Shown piece after piece: positions 47,629 through 56,931 of a stretch of 64,000 bases of DNA. The number at the start of each line of letters is the position of its first letter. Position 1 is the stretch's first letter. The notes beneath the pieces are model-generated. The model worked only from the letters and a program-made list of their open reading frames with translations. It searched no databases and had not been told where the DNA came from. This DNA is from an uncultured Gammaproteobacteria bacterium (GTDB lineage: Bacteria; Pseudomonadota; Gammaproteobacteria; UBA9214). The stretch is taken from positions 40,922-104,921 of the forward strand of contig CAVVHS010000005.1 of the NCBI GenBank assembly GCA_963748215.1. Direction: 5' to 3'. The position numbers and the translations under genes are program-made.

Positions 47629-49580
47629 TGGCGGCACCCGCGGTGCCGGCGCGCGAGAAAGACCAGCGCCGCGAGCATCAGCCCGGGTAACAGGGGATCG
47701 ATCCGGCCCGCACTCCCCAGGCTGCAGCCGCCGCCACCAGCACTCGCAGCCAAGGGCGCAGCCGGAGGCGCCGCGACCGGCACGGTCACGACCCGGCTGT
47801 CGCTCGCCAGCGTCTCGGCGGTGGGTGGATTGTTCTGGTACAGCGCCTTGAAATCGATCACCCGCGCGTTGTTGCTGCTCAGGCCCAGGACGAAGCCGGG
47901 GCGGATCGTCTGGAACAGCAGCTCCGCATCGACGGTATATGGCCCGTTCGCGCCGCCTGTCGGGACACGGTAATGGACGGTGTCGGAGCCGGTGCCCTCC
48001 ACCGGCCCGGCCAGGTTGAAATCGTTGTCGCCGGCAGTGCCAACCGGCAGCGTCTGCGGTTCGATCGCATTCGCCATGGCCGTGGTGAACCCTTCCGGCG
48101 GCAGGCGGTTGTCCTTCAGATACGCTTCGGCGTACAGCACGATATAGGTGATGTCGGCATTGGTATCACCCAGCACGGCTTCGTACACCGCGACCTGTGA
48201 CGCATTGTCGATGACATCGCGATGCGGCTCGTAGCAGGCACTGCTGTCGAAATTCTGCGGCTTGGTCGCCGCCAGGCATCCCGCCGCCAGGTGCGCGGCA
48301 TCGGTGGTGATGCGGCCATTGGCATCGACCGCGCCCGACTCGAAAATGACCTGGTTGGCCGCATCCCTCACCGTCAGGTGTATCCAGGCGCGTCGACTGG
48401 GAAAGCCGCTCGGAAACTTGTGACCGGTGCGGTTGGTGATTTGCACATCGATAGCCAGCTCGTTATTGGCAATGTTCGCCGCATTGATCACCAGGTCGGC
48501 CGTTGCCGTCTGCAGCAGGTTGCGGGTCACGGCGATCTGCGCATCGAACCCGGCCACGGTGGTGCTGGCGTCGATACCCAGCTGCACACGATTGTCCCGT
48601 AGCAGCTCGAGCAGGTAGGTGTTGCCACCGGCAAGGATATGGCTGAAGTACGGACTGCGCACCGGCCAGTTTTCGTTGACCGCGCCATTCGGCTGGACAC
48701 TGATGCGGGTACTGTACAGACCGGGATCCGGCTCGGGCATGTGGCAGCCCTGGCATTCCTGCGCCTTGGCCGCACCCGTGGTGTAGACGCTGTTTTGCCA
48801 TTCGAGGAACGCGCCCTGCTCCAGAAAATCATTGCCCGTGGCGGTATCGGTATTGATGTCCACGACCGGTGTATACAGGGTGTGGCAGGTGGCACAGTGG
48901 CCGGATCCGGTCACCTGCTGGCCGAACTGCGGCGTGTAGCCGGTGTTGTTGAACATGACATTTGCGCCACCCGGGTGGGGGTTTTGATACGGCCCGTAAA
49001 TGGTCATGGCATCCGCGTCGCCGGGCGCCGGGATCTGGAAGCCACCTGTGAAAGATGCCGCGGTGCCGAGGCCGGCGTCCCTGACCTGGTGACAGAGCGT
49101 GCAGCTGACCCCTTCCCGCGCGGGGTCCTGCGCCTCGGCCGTCGCCAGCCGGTAGCAGCCATCGTTCAGCGTGCAGCTGGCATCCTGGGTCAGATCGACG
49201 CCGGCCATGTGGGCATGCGTGCGGGCCATGGGCGTATGGCAGGTCAGGCACTTGTCCTCGATAAACCCGGCCAGCGCCGGCAGCACGGCAGCCTCGTCTT
49301 CAACGGCGGCACGGAAATAGGGATCATCCAGGGCATGCGCCATGACGCTGTGCTGCCACTGGCTCGGCGGGCTGACATCCGCGCCGCTGTCGGATGCGGG
49401 ATAGCGCATCACGGGAGAAATATTAACGTCCTGATCGCTGCTGGCGCGATGGCAGCGGGCGCAGTTGCTTGCGGCGCTGAACACACCGAGCGTGCCCCAG
49501 TCGGGATCGAACGGCACGGCCTGTACGCCGGTGGCGCAAGCCGCGAGCATGATGACGACCAGCCCGTTGAATGTGTGCAT
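47613..49580 (-). CDS. Secreted pentaheme c-type cytochrome with a C-terminal Gly-rich/Cys + TM + basic sorting-signal-like tail
   Basis: 655 aa. AGGAGG RBS and signal peptide MHTFNGLVVIMLAACATGVQA. Five CxxCH motifs (CARCH, CLTCH, CTLCH, CATCH, CQGCH). C-terminus SAGGGGCSLGSAGRIDPLLPGLMLAALVFLARRHR. Confidence 0.85.
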   Translation of the reverse strand: MHTFNGLVVIMLAACATGVQAVPFDPDWGTLGVFSAASNCARCHRASSDQDVNISPVMRYPASDSGADVSPPSQWQHSVMAHALDDPYFRAAVEDEAAVLPALAGFIEDKCLTCHTPMARTHAHMAGVDLTQDASCTLNDGCYRLATAEAQDPAREGVSCTLCHQVRDAGLGTAASFTGGFQIPAPGDADAMTIYGPYQNPHPGGANVMFNNTGYTPQFGQQVTGSGHCATCHTLYTPVVDINTDTATGNDFLEQGAFLEWQNSVYTTGAAKAQECQGCHMPEPDPGLYSTRISVQPNGAVNENWPVRSPYFSHILAGGNTYLLELLRDNRVQLGIDASTTVAGFDAQIAVTRNLLQTATADLVINAANIANNELAIDVQITNRTGHKFPSGFPSRRAWIHLTVRDAANQVIFESGAVDANGRITTDAAHLAAGCLAATKPQNFDSSACYEPHRDVIDNASQVAVYEAVLGDTNADITYIVLYAEAYLKDNRLPPEGFTTAMANAIEPQTLPVGTAGDNDFNLAGPVEGTGSDTVHYRVPTGGANGPYTVDAELLFQTIRPGFVLGLSSNNARVIDFKALYQNNPPTAETLASDSRVVTVPVAAPPAAPLAASAGGGGCSLGSAGRIDPLLPGLMLAALVFLARRHRGCRHHALS

Positions 49581-49614
49581 CGATCCCCCTCCTGCGGCAA
49601 CAGCAGATTTGAAT

Positions 49615-49639
49615 GGTGATAAGCAAAATCATTATCACC
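49615..49639 (-). promoter_or_regulatory. Fur-box-like palindrome upstream of the cytochrome gene
   Basis: ggtgataagcaaaatcattatcacc has perfect 8-bp inverted arms. The core 49618-49636 matches GATAATGATAATCATTATC at 16/19. It lies 38-56 nt upstream of the ATG. Confidence 0.5.
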
Positions 49640-49834
49640 GGCATTTATGCCAACCGCATTGAGGATGATCATAATTAGGCCGAATTCGTGCCACAGTCTC
49701 GCCATGCCAATCGTGCCGGATCATTGACGGCGGCAAGACCGGCTACTGCTGCGGCCACCGCCTGGCCTGGGGCCGCACGCGGCATGCGCGCAACGGGGAA
49801 TGGCACAGGACGCCTGGCCCCGCGTATCGACACA

Positions 49835-50695
49835 TCAGGACAACCGGTTTTTCAGCTCCAGACCGTACTCGTACAGCCGGTTTTTCGAGACGCCACTGAT
49901 GCCGGCCGCCAGTGCCGCGGCCTGCCGGAGCGGCAGTTGCCCGAGCAGGACCTCGAGCGTGTGGCGTGCGGCCTCATCCAGCTGGTCCGGATCGTGCGCC
50001 GCGCCCTGCACCAGCACCACGAACTCACCCTTTTGCTGATCGGTATCGTGGCGCAACCGCTCGAGCAACTCCGCCAGGGTTCCCTCGATGAGGGTTTCAA
50101 AGGTCTTCGTCAACTCGCGCGCGATTACCGCATGACGTGCCGCATCCAGGCAGTCCGCCATATCGACCAGGCTATCGAGGATGCGGTGGCTGGATTCGTA
50201 GAACACCAGCGTGACCTCCGAGCCGCGCAATGCCTGCAGGCGTTGCCGGCGCGCCGCCTGCCGGGGTGGCAGAAAACCCTCGAACAGAAAACGGTCCGTC
50301 GGTAACCCGGACACGGAGAGTGCGGCCACCAGCGCCGACGGCCCGGGCACCGGTACCACGCGCACGCCGGCCTGGCGCGCCGCGCGCACCAGCACGAATC
50401 CGGGATCGCTGATCAACGGCGTGCCGGCATCGGATACCAGTGCAATCCGTTCCCCGGCCAGGAGCCGGTCCAGCAGCCGTCTGCTGATATCGCGCTCATT
50501 GTGCTCGTGCAATGCCAGCAGCGGCGTGGCAATGCCGTAGTGCGCGAACAGCTTGCGGGTATGCCGGGTATCCTCGGCCGCAACCCGATTCACCGACTTG
50601 AGGGTATCGACGGCACGCCATGTCATGTCCTGCAAATTGCCGATCGGCGTCGCAACGATATACAGCACACCTTTTTCAGTCGCGTCTCGGGACAT
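49835..50695 (-). CDS. rsmI: 16S rRNA (cytidine1402-2'-O)-methyltransferase
   Basis: 286 aa. LYIVATPIGNLQDMTWRA. Divergent from lpoA, as in E. coli. Confidence 0.95.
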   Translation of the reverse strand: MSRDATEKGVLYIVATPIGNLQDMTWRAVDTLKSVNRVAAEDTRHTRKLFAHYGIATPLLALHEHNERDISRRLLDRLLAGERIALVSDAGTPLISDPGFVLVRAARQAGVRVVPVPGPSALVAALSVSGLPTDRFLFEGFLPPRQAARRQRLQALRGSEVTLVFYESSHRILDSLVDMADCLDAARHAVIARELTKTFETLIEGTLAELLERLRHDTDQQKGEFVVLVQGAAHDPDQLDEAARHTLEVLLGQLPLRQAAALAAGISGVSKNRLYEYGLELKNRLS

Positions 50696-50808
50696 GGCAG
50701 CCGCATCCTAGCAGAGATAGCCACCTGCGGTCGGCCGGCACGGTTAAAAGTGGACGCCACAGCCGCTTTTCAGTAGAGTCTGCCGCACATCCATGCGCCT
50801 GATTTCAC

Positions 50809-52710
50809 ATGACTGTTTTCACGTTTAACTGGAGAATCCGGCTGTGTGCCGGCCTGCTGGCCGCCCTGCTCGCCGGGTGCGGTGGCATGCCCCCGCTCGT
50901 CAAACCCGGCACCGACCGCTTGCAGACGCAGGCGCAGGCACTGGAGGACGCCGGCAACTACCAGGGTGCCGCGCAGGTCTACCTGCAGGCCGCGACCGGG
51001 GCGGCCATCCCGGAAAAATACCGCCTGCAACTGCTCGCCGCGGGCAGCCTGATCCGTGGCAACGAGCTGGCGAGCGCCGCGCCCCTGCTTGACCAGCTGC
51101 AGGCGGCGGGTCTTACCGGTGTCCTGCAGCAGCACTACGACATTCGGCGCGCGGCGCTGGAACTTGCCCAGCAGCATCCGGAACAGGCACTGGCCCTGCT
51201 GCAGACCCCACCGGCCGATGAAACCTTGCGGATCGAGTATCACCGGCTGCGCGCCGAGGCCCTGCTGCAGAATTCGCAGTTTTTCCCCAGTGCCCGGGAA
51301 CGTATCCTGCTCGACCCCCTGCTGAGCGATCCCGCACAGCAGCTGGCCAACCAGCGCGCGCTCTGGGACGCACTCAACAACCTGACCGACAACGAATTGC
51401 AGCAGCTGCGCAAGGCACCACCACCCGACGCGCTGAGCGGCTGGATGGAGCTGGTCGAACTCACGCGCCTGTACCTGCAGCAGCCGGATGCCCTGGCCGA
51501 GGTGATTCCGCACTGGCAGCAGCGCTATCCCGAACATCCGGCCAGCCGCCAGTTCACCGCGCGGCTGCTGGAGACCATGCGCACCGCCGGGCAAGCGCCG
51601 GAACAGGTGGCAGTCCTGCTACCGCTGCAGGGCGAGCTTGCCGAGGTCGCCGGCGCCGTGCGCGACGGCATACTGGCTGCCTACTACGACACGCCCGAGG
51701 GCAGCAAGCGCCCGGTGTTGCGTATCTACGATTCCGGCACCTCGCCCGACCAGGCCGTCGCGGCCTACCAGCAGGCGGTGGCCGACGGGGCACGCTTCGT
51801 GATCGGCCCGCTGCGCAAGGAAGCGGTGGATGCGCTGGCGGGCCTGCAACCGCTGACGGTCCCGGTGCTCGGACTGAACCAGAGTGAGGACCAAGGCCTC
51901 ATGAATCCGGGCCTGTACCAGTTCGGCCTGGCGCCGGAGGACGAGGCCCGCGAGGCGGCGCGCCTGGCGTGGCGCAACGGCCTGACACGCAGTGTTGCAC
52001 TGCTGCCGGACAATGACTGGGGTGAACGTGTCTACAGCGCGTTCGCCGATGAATGGCAGGCACTGGGCGGACGTATCCTGGAAACCGGGCGCTACAACGA
52101 CAGCGAGGCCGACCACGGCAAGGTCATCAGCGCCCTGCTGAACCTGGATGCGAGCAAGGCACGTTACCAGCAACTCGCCCGGGCACTGGGTACGCGTCTG
52201 GAATTCGAACCGCGGCGCCGCCAGGATATCGATTTCGTATTCCTGATCGCCTCCCCCAGGCAGGCACGCCTGATCCGCCCGCAGCTCAGCTTCTACCACG
52301 CCTCCTCCCTGCCCGTGTATGCCACCTCGCGCGTGTACACCGGCATCCCCGACGACGCGCGGGACAGCGACATGAACGGCATCGTCTTCTGCGACATGCC
52401 GTGGACACTCGAGAGCCGCGAGAACTGGTCACACCTGCAGGGCTCGGTCGCGGAATTCTGGCCGGACAGCAGCAGCCGCTATGCCCGCCTGCTGGCGCTG
52501 GGTATCGATGCCTACCGCATCATTCCCTACCTCGGCGAACTCGGCAACAACATGCCCGGTGCCTACCACGGCGTCACCGGCAACCTGTCGCTGGGCGAGC
52601 ACGGCCGGCTCAATCGAACACTGCGCTGCGCCCGTTTCCAGGACGGCGTGCCCGTGCTGCTCGAGCAGACCACCAGCGACAGCGCGACGGACAGCGGCGG
52701 CTTGCGTTGA
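50809..52710 (+). CDS. lpoA: Penicillin-binding protein activator LpoA (LppC family lipoprotein)
   Basis: 633 aa. Lipobox LLAGCGG, an N-terminal TPR-like domain and a periplasmic-binding-protein-like C-domain. Confidence 0.9.
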   Translation: MTVFTFNWRIRLCAGLLAALLAGCGGMPPLVKPGTDRLQTQAQALEDAGNYQGAAQVYLQAATGAAIPEKYRLQLLAAGSLIRGNELASAAPLLDQLQAAGLTGVLQQHYDIRRAALELAQQHPEQALALLQTPPADETLRIEYHRLRAEALLQNSQFFPSARERILLDPLLSDPAQQLANQRALWDALNNLTDNELQQLRKAPPPDALSGWMELVELTRLYLQQPDALAEVIPHWQQRYPEHPASRQFTARLLETMRTAGQAPEQVAVLLPLQGELAEVAGAVRDGILAAYYDTPEGSKRPVLRIYDSGTSPDQAVAAYQQAVADGARFVIGPLRKEAVDALAGLQPLTVPVLGLNQSEDQGLMNPGLYQFGLAPEDEAREAARLAWRNGLTRSVALLPDNDWGERVYSAFADEWQALGGRILETGRYNDSEADHGKVISALLNLDASKARYQQLARALGTRLEFEPRRRQDIDFVFLIASPRQARLIRPQLSFYHASSLPVYATSRVYTGIPDDARDSDMNGIVFCDMPWTLESRENWSHLQGSVAEFWPDSSSRYARLLALGIDAYRIIPYLGELGNNMPGAYHGVTGNLSLGEHGRLNRTLRCARFQDGVPVLLEQTTSDSATDSGGLR

Positions 52711-53063
52711 CCAGCGTGACCGCCGCCCGCGGCAGGGACGCGGAACAGCACGCCCGGGAACACCTGCAGGCACACGGACTGAAGCTGTTGCAATGCAACT
52801 ACCACAGCCGGCACGGCGAGATCGACCTGGTCATGCAGGACCGGGACAGCGTGGTCTTCGTTGAGGTACGATACCGCCGCCAGGCGTGCTTTGGCTCGGC
52901 GGCCGAAAGTGTGGACCGGCGCAAGCAGTCGCGTCTCATCGCCTGTGCGCAACACTACCTGCAGACACATCCGCACAGCGCCAGGCTGCCCTGCCGATTC
53001 GATGTGGTCACGATCAACGGCAACGACAGCCTGGACTGGATCAGGAATGCATTCAGCGCATGA
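52707..53063 (+). CDS. yraN: YraN family endonuclease-like protein (UPF0102)
   Basis: GEIDLVMQDRDSVVFVEVRYR motif. The start is TTG 52707 (overlapping the lpoA TGA) or GTG 52716. The long upstream part of ORF 52053-53063 overlaps lpoA and is discarded. Confidence 0.85.
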   Translation: MTSVTAARGRDAEQHAREHLQAHGLKLLQCNYHSRHGEIDLVMQDRDSVVFVEVRYRRQACFGSAAESVDRRKQSRLIACAQHYLQTHPHSARLPCRFDVVTINGNDSLDWIRNAFSA

Positions 53064-53153
53064 AGACACCGCGCCGCGGAACAACCGCCCGGACGCGGGG
53101 TCGCATAGCGAGTGATAACCGATAACCGCAGCATCGAGAGGAGAATCCCTTAC

Positions 53154-53738
53154 ATGAAATCCGCCAGCACCCTGCTACTGATCAGTCTTGCCCTCACCAC
53201 TTTCTATGGCTGCGCCCCCATCGTGGTGGGGGGCGCCGCGGCCAGCGGTAGCGCGCTGCACGACCGTCGCACCGTCGGCACCTTTGTCGATGACGAGGGC
53301 ATCGAGCTGAAGAGCCGCCTCGCCATACTTGATAACAAGGAACTGAACAGCCAGATCCATATCAACATTATCAGCATCAACGGCGTGGCGCTGATGGTAG
53401 GCCAGGCACCCACCGAGGCACTCAGGCAGCAGGCGCAGGGCATCGTTGCCGCAACGGAAAAAGTCCGCATGGTGCACAATGAGATGACCATCGCGGCGCC
53501 CAACTCGCTCATGACCCGTTCCAGCGACACGCTGATCACCGCCAAGGTCAAGACCGCGCTGTTCAATATCAAGGGCCTCGAAAAATTCGATCCGACCCGC
53601 GTCAAGGTGGTCACCGAGGACGGTATCGTCTACCTGATGGGCTTGCTGTACCGGAACGAGGCGGCTGCCGTGAGCGACCAGGCGCGCCAGGTCGGCGGCG
53701 TGGAAAAGATAGTCAAGGTGTTCGAATACCTGGACTAG
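53154..53738 (+). CDS. dolP: Outer-membrane lipoprotein with two BON domains (DolP/YraP)
   Basis: Start trimmed to MKSASTLLLISLALTTFYGC (lipobox). Two BON repeats. Position after lpoA-yraN is conserved. Confidence 0.88.
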   Translation: MKSASTLLLISLALTTFYGCAPIVVGGAAASGSALHDRRTVGTFVDDEGIELKSRLAILDNKELNSQIHINIISINGVALMVGQAPTEALRQQAQGIVAATEKVRMVHNEMTIAAPNSLMTRSSDTLITAKVKTALFNIKGLEKFDPTRVKVVTEDGIVYLMGLLYRNEAAAVSDQARQVGGVEKIVKVFEYLD

Positions 53739-53753
53739 GCTGTATCCGGGTGT

Positions 53754-53880
53754 TGTAGGAGCGGACCGCGTCCGCGATCTTTTCTGGAAATAACATCCCG
53801 CGATGTACATGGACGTACAAGTGCCGCGAGAGGGCATGGATGCCCGTAGCGGCCTTGCGAAGCGCACCTACAACACTCGG
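53754..53880. repeat. REP-like unit (same family as 23806-23957)
   Basis: tgtaggagcggaccgcgtccgcgatc (53754-53779) matches the 23849-23873 unit exactly. The partner arm is gccttgcgaagcgcacctacaac. Confidence 0.7.
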
Positions 53881-53916
53881 TCTATTTCACGAACAGGCGT
53901 TCGTGTTGACGGCCGG

Positions 53917-54360
53917 CTAGCGCCGCCTTTCCGCCCAGGACCCGGTCCTGCCGTTGAACGACAGCACCCGGCTGGTCGTGACGATAACGGCCGACGTGTC
54001 TTCCGCCTCGGTACTGACTACCTTTTCCCCGGCCACACGGCGGTTACTCGACCAGCCCGTGGGCCACACGCCAACACCGGCAAAACGCTGGTTGGTGATG
54101 ACAATGGCGACCCCCTTGGCCACGACACGCTGCTCGACCACCTCCTTGGCACTCATGTCGAGGTCGAAGAACTGGCCGGTCTCGGCGTTGACCGCGGTCA
54201 CGCGCCTGTCTTCCTTCACCAGGAATATGGCCTTGCCGACCTCTTCGCCGCCTGCCGTGGCGGCGCTGGCCAGCAACAGGACGCCGACCAGACCGCACAG
54301 GCCGAATGTGGAAACTCTTGATACTGGCACTGGATTCTCCCGAATGGTTGTCCAGTCCAT
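53917..54360 (-). CDS. Hypothetical exported or membrane-anchored protein (147 aa)
   Basis: ORF trimmed to [38 protein letters not shown] (N-terminal hydrophobic segment). The longer ORF would overlap the trhO promoter and start. No recognisable motif. Confidence 0.45.
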   Translation of the reverse strand: MDWTTIRENPVPVSRVSTFGLCGLVGVLLLASAATAGGEEVGKAIFLVKEDRRVTAVNAETGQFFDLDMSAKEVVEQRVVAKGVAIVITNQRFAGVGVWPTGWSSNRRVAGEKVVSTEAEDTSAVIVTTSRVLSFNGRTGSWAERRR

Positions 54361-54477
54361 TATAGGCCCTTGCGGTGTCGCCGCCCCGGCAGCGGCACCA
54401 CCCGCCGCGGACCGGATGGCGGGCCTGTGCACCCGCACATTATAATAATGTCCCGATTTCCCCAGCGAGCACGCCCC

Positions 54478-55494
54478 ATGGACAATACCGCCCACCCGAT
54501 CGTCGTCTGCGCCCTGTACCGGTTCGTTCGCCTGGACGATTTCCGCGATCTGCGCGATCCTCTGCAGCAGGTAATGGAACAACACGGCGTCAGCGGCACC
54601 CTGTTACTGGCCGGGGAAGGCATCAACGGCACGGTCGCCGGCACGCGCGCCGCCATCGATGCCCTGCTCGCGTGGCTGCAGCGCGATAGCCGCCTGGCCG
54701 GCCTCGAATTCAAGGAATCGGTGACCGACCGGCCGCCGTTCAAGCGCAGCCGGGTGAAACTGAAAAAGGAAATCGTCACCATGGGCGTGGCGGACATCGA
54801 TCCGAACCGGGTAGCGGGCACCTACGTCAGCCCGTCCGACTGGAACGCCCTGATCAACGACCCGGATGTACTGCTGGTGGATACCCGCAACGATTACGAG
54901 GTCCGCGTCGGCACCTTCCGCAACGCCATCAACCCGGGCACTGCCACGTTCCGCGAATTTCCGGACTTCGTGCACGAACAGCTCGACCCGGCGCGTCACC
55001 GCAAGGTGGCGATGTTCTGCACCGGCGGCATCCGCTGCGAGAAGTCCACCGCCTACCTGAAGCAGCAGGGCTTCAGCGAGGTGTATCACCTGCAGGGCGG
55101 CATCCTGAAATATCTGGAGGAAGTACCCGCGCAGGAATCACTCTGGCAAGGCGAATGTTTCGTCTTCGACGAACGCGTCACGGTAGATCACAGCCTGCAG
55201 AAAGGCAGCTTCGAACAGTGCCATGCCTGCCGCATGCCGATCTCGGCCAGCGACATGGCCAGTGATGACTACCGGCCGGGCGTGAGCTGTCCGCACTGTG
55301 CCGGCACGCTCAGCGAGCAGCAGCGCACACGGTTTGCGGAACGCGAAAAGCAGGCGCGGCTGGCCCGCGCGCGCGGCGCGCACCACATGGGCGCCGCAGC
55401 GCGAGTGACCATGCAGGAAAACCGCGCCATCAAGCAGCTCGACAAGGAACGCCAGCGGCACTCGCTGGCGTTACAGAACGCGCGCCATCGCTGA
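54478..55494 (+). CDS. trhO: tRNA uridine(34) hydroxylase (rhodanese-domain protein YceA/TrhO)
   Basis: Start trimmed to [22 protein letters not shown]. Rhodanese active-site loop [10 protein letters not shown] and a C-terminal Cys cluster. Confidence 0.9.
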   Translation: MDNTAHPIVVCALYRFVRLDDFRDLRDPLQQVMEQHGVSGTLLLAGEGINGTVAGTRAAIDALLAWLQRDSRLAGLEFKESVTDRPPFKRSRVKLKKEIVTMGVADIDPNRVAGTYVSPSDWNALINDPDVLLVDTRNDYEVRVGTFRNAINPGTATFREFPDFVHEQLDPARHRKVAMFCTGGIRCEKSTAYLKQQGFSEVYHLQGGILKYLEEVPAQESLWQGECFVFDERVTVDHSLQKGSFEQCHACRMPISASDMASDDYRPGVSCPHCAGTLSEQQRTRFAEREKQARLARARGAHHMGAAARVTMQENRAIKQLDKERQRHSLALQNARHR

Positions 55495-55593
55495 CACGAT
55501 ACCCTTCCTGCGTTTGGACAACGTTTTGAATGTATCACTTCGAGCGGCAGCCGCCGTTTAGTCGGTAAATTAATTGTTTGCGCGACTGAATCA

Positions 55594-56154
55594 TTACCGT
55601 CCATCGGCGCCGCAACACAGGTCACGGGACCAGGGCGCAAGGGATAGGGAGGAAAGTGCGCCCTTGATAAATACCCTGGTCTGCGAATATTCGCTATAGA
55701 GAAACATGATATAGGCATCCGCCTTACCGTCCTTGTGGATACCGATCAGGAGCGCCTGACTGTAGTCATCCGAGAAGTCCGGGTTTACGTCGTATACCGC
55801 TGCCGCGGCCCAGCCCGCATTGAACAGTTCCTGTGCCTGTACTTGCGGATATTCCGAGTTGGGGGTGCCGCCGGCACCGGACAGCTCGGCGGTCAGCGAC
55901 TCGAACAGCAACGGGAATAGGACGTCACCCCGGCCGGCATCGCGGCGGGCTATGACTTTGACGTCGGCCATGGCAGCAAGCTCGGGATCAATGCCGGCTA
56001 CGTCTCGCTGCCAGCCGGCATGAAGGAATTCTGCGGCAACATGGCGCATGGCCAGGCGGTATTCAACACCTCCATGAATGATGTCGGGCTGACCGCTGCT
56101 GCGGGTCTGTTTGATATCGGCGAGATATAGTTCCAATGACAGCGATTGTGTCAA
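55594..56154 (-). CDS. Orphan hypothetical protein (186 aa), possibly a gene fragment
   Basis: Open frame with no signal peptide or recognisable motif. Its 5' end overlaps the truncated porin remnant. Located in a lower-G+C region. Confidence 0.35.
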   Translation of the reverse strand: MTQSLSLELYLADIKQTRSSGQPDIIHGGVEYRLAMRHVAAEFLHAGWQRDVAGIDPELAAMADVKVIARRDAGRGDVLFPLLFESLTAELSGAGGTPNSEYPQVQAQELFNAGWAAAAVYDVNPDFSDDYSQALLIGIHKDGKADAYIMFLYSEYSQTRVFIKGALSSLSLAPWSRDLCCGADGR

Positions 56155-56159
56155 CCCTC

Positions 56160-56653
56160 CGTCCCCTTACCAGCGCAACAACGGCGAGCGTGACTACACC
56201 ATCTGGGTCGGCAACCTGCAGGCGAAGCTCAAGGCAGGTGGACGGCCGCTGGCCGTCGGCGTGGACTACACGCACAACACCGTAGACTATGTTGCCGGTG
56301 TCACTCCCGGCGTTAACGCCACCAACCAGAACGAGACCGACGGCTGGGATGCCTATGTCACCTACGGCAGCACCAAGAGCAAGGGCGACTGGCTGCTGGG
56401 TTACTGGTATGCACACATCGAGCAGTTTGCCGTAAACAGCTCCTTTGCCCAGGATGACTGGGTGGCTGGGGCTCTGCTACCGAGGCCCGTGCCAGTGACA
56501 TGAAGGGACACGAGCTGCGTGCCGCCTACGGGCTCGGTGATGGCATGAACCTGATGGCGCGCCTGTACCTGGTAGAGGCAATCACCAGCGTCGAGGACGG
56601 CAACCGCTTCCGGATCGACTTTAACTACAGCTTCTGGATTCGACTGTCAGTAA
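56160..56653 (+). pseudogene. Decayed outer-membrane porin (C-terminal ~160 codons, frameshifted)
   Basis: Two ORF pieces (56111-56503 and 56500-56796) carry beta-barrel-like strands (DYTIWVGNLQAKL, WDAYVTYGS, GDWLLGYWYAH, KGHELRAAYGL, NRFRIDFNYSF). The frame switches near 56458-56465, the N-terminal part is missing, and the current frame reads through the terminator hairpin. Confidence 0.6.
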
Positions 56654-56658
56654 ATGAA

Positions 56659-56692
56659 TGCCCGGTACCGCAAAGGGTGCCGGGCATTTTTT
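56659..56692 (+). terminator. Strong rho-independent terminator at the end of the porin remnant
   Basis: 11-bp stem tgcccggtacc / ggtgccgggca followed by tttttt. Confidence 0.8.
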
Positions 56693-56931
56693 CTGGCCGG
56701 GGAACGCTGGCAGCATACGTGCAGCAGTGGGGTTTTCTGCTCTTGGGAATGGCTGATTCTGGCCGTATACTGGCCATCTATTGCCCTCCACAATAGCTAT
56801 CAATCAACTAGCCCACGGAGTATAAATTCACCCATCATCTTGCCCCAGATCAATATGCTACAAGCCCCCATGTGCCATAATATCGCCGCTCTAGTTAATT
56901 AGCGCGTTTGTTTACACACGAGGTAATACCA

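Noticed and set aside
48639-49619. 326-aa plus-strand ORF
   Set aside because: Antisense to the CxxCH-bearing cytochrome gene, and it would run across that gene's RBS and promoter.
49661-49680. Second Fur-like site, gaggatgatcataattaggc
   Set aside because: It contains only scattered GAT/AAT hexamer fragments, and the alignment to the 19-bp consensus is poor.
52053-52706. Upstream two-thirds of ORF 52053-53063
   Set aside because: It lies in an alternative frame inside lpoA. Only the last ~118 codons carry the YraN/UPF0102 signature.
53917-54585. Full 222-aa version of the minus-strand ORF
   Set aside because: The first 75 codons overlap the trhO start and leader and are Ala/Gly-rich. It was trimmed to the internal Met preceding a hydrophobic segment (54360), and even that gene is only moderately supported.
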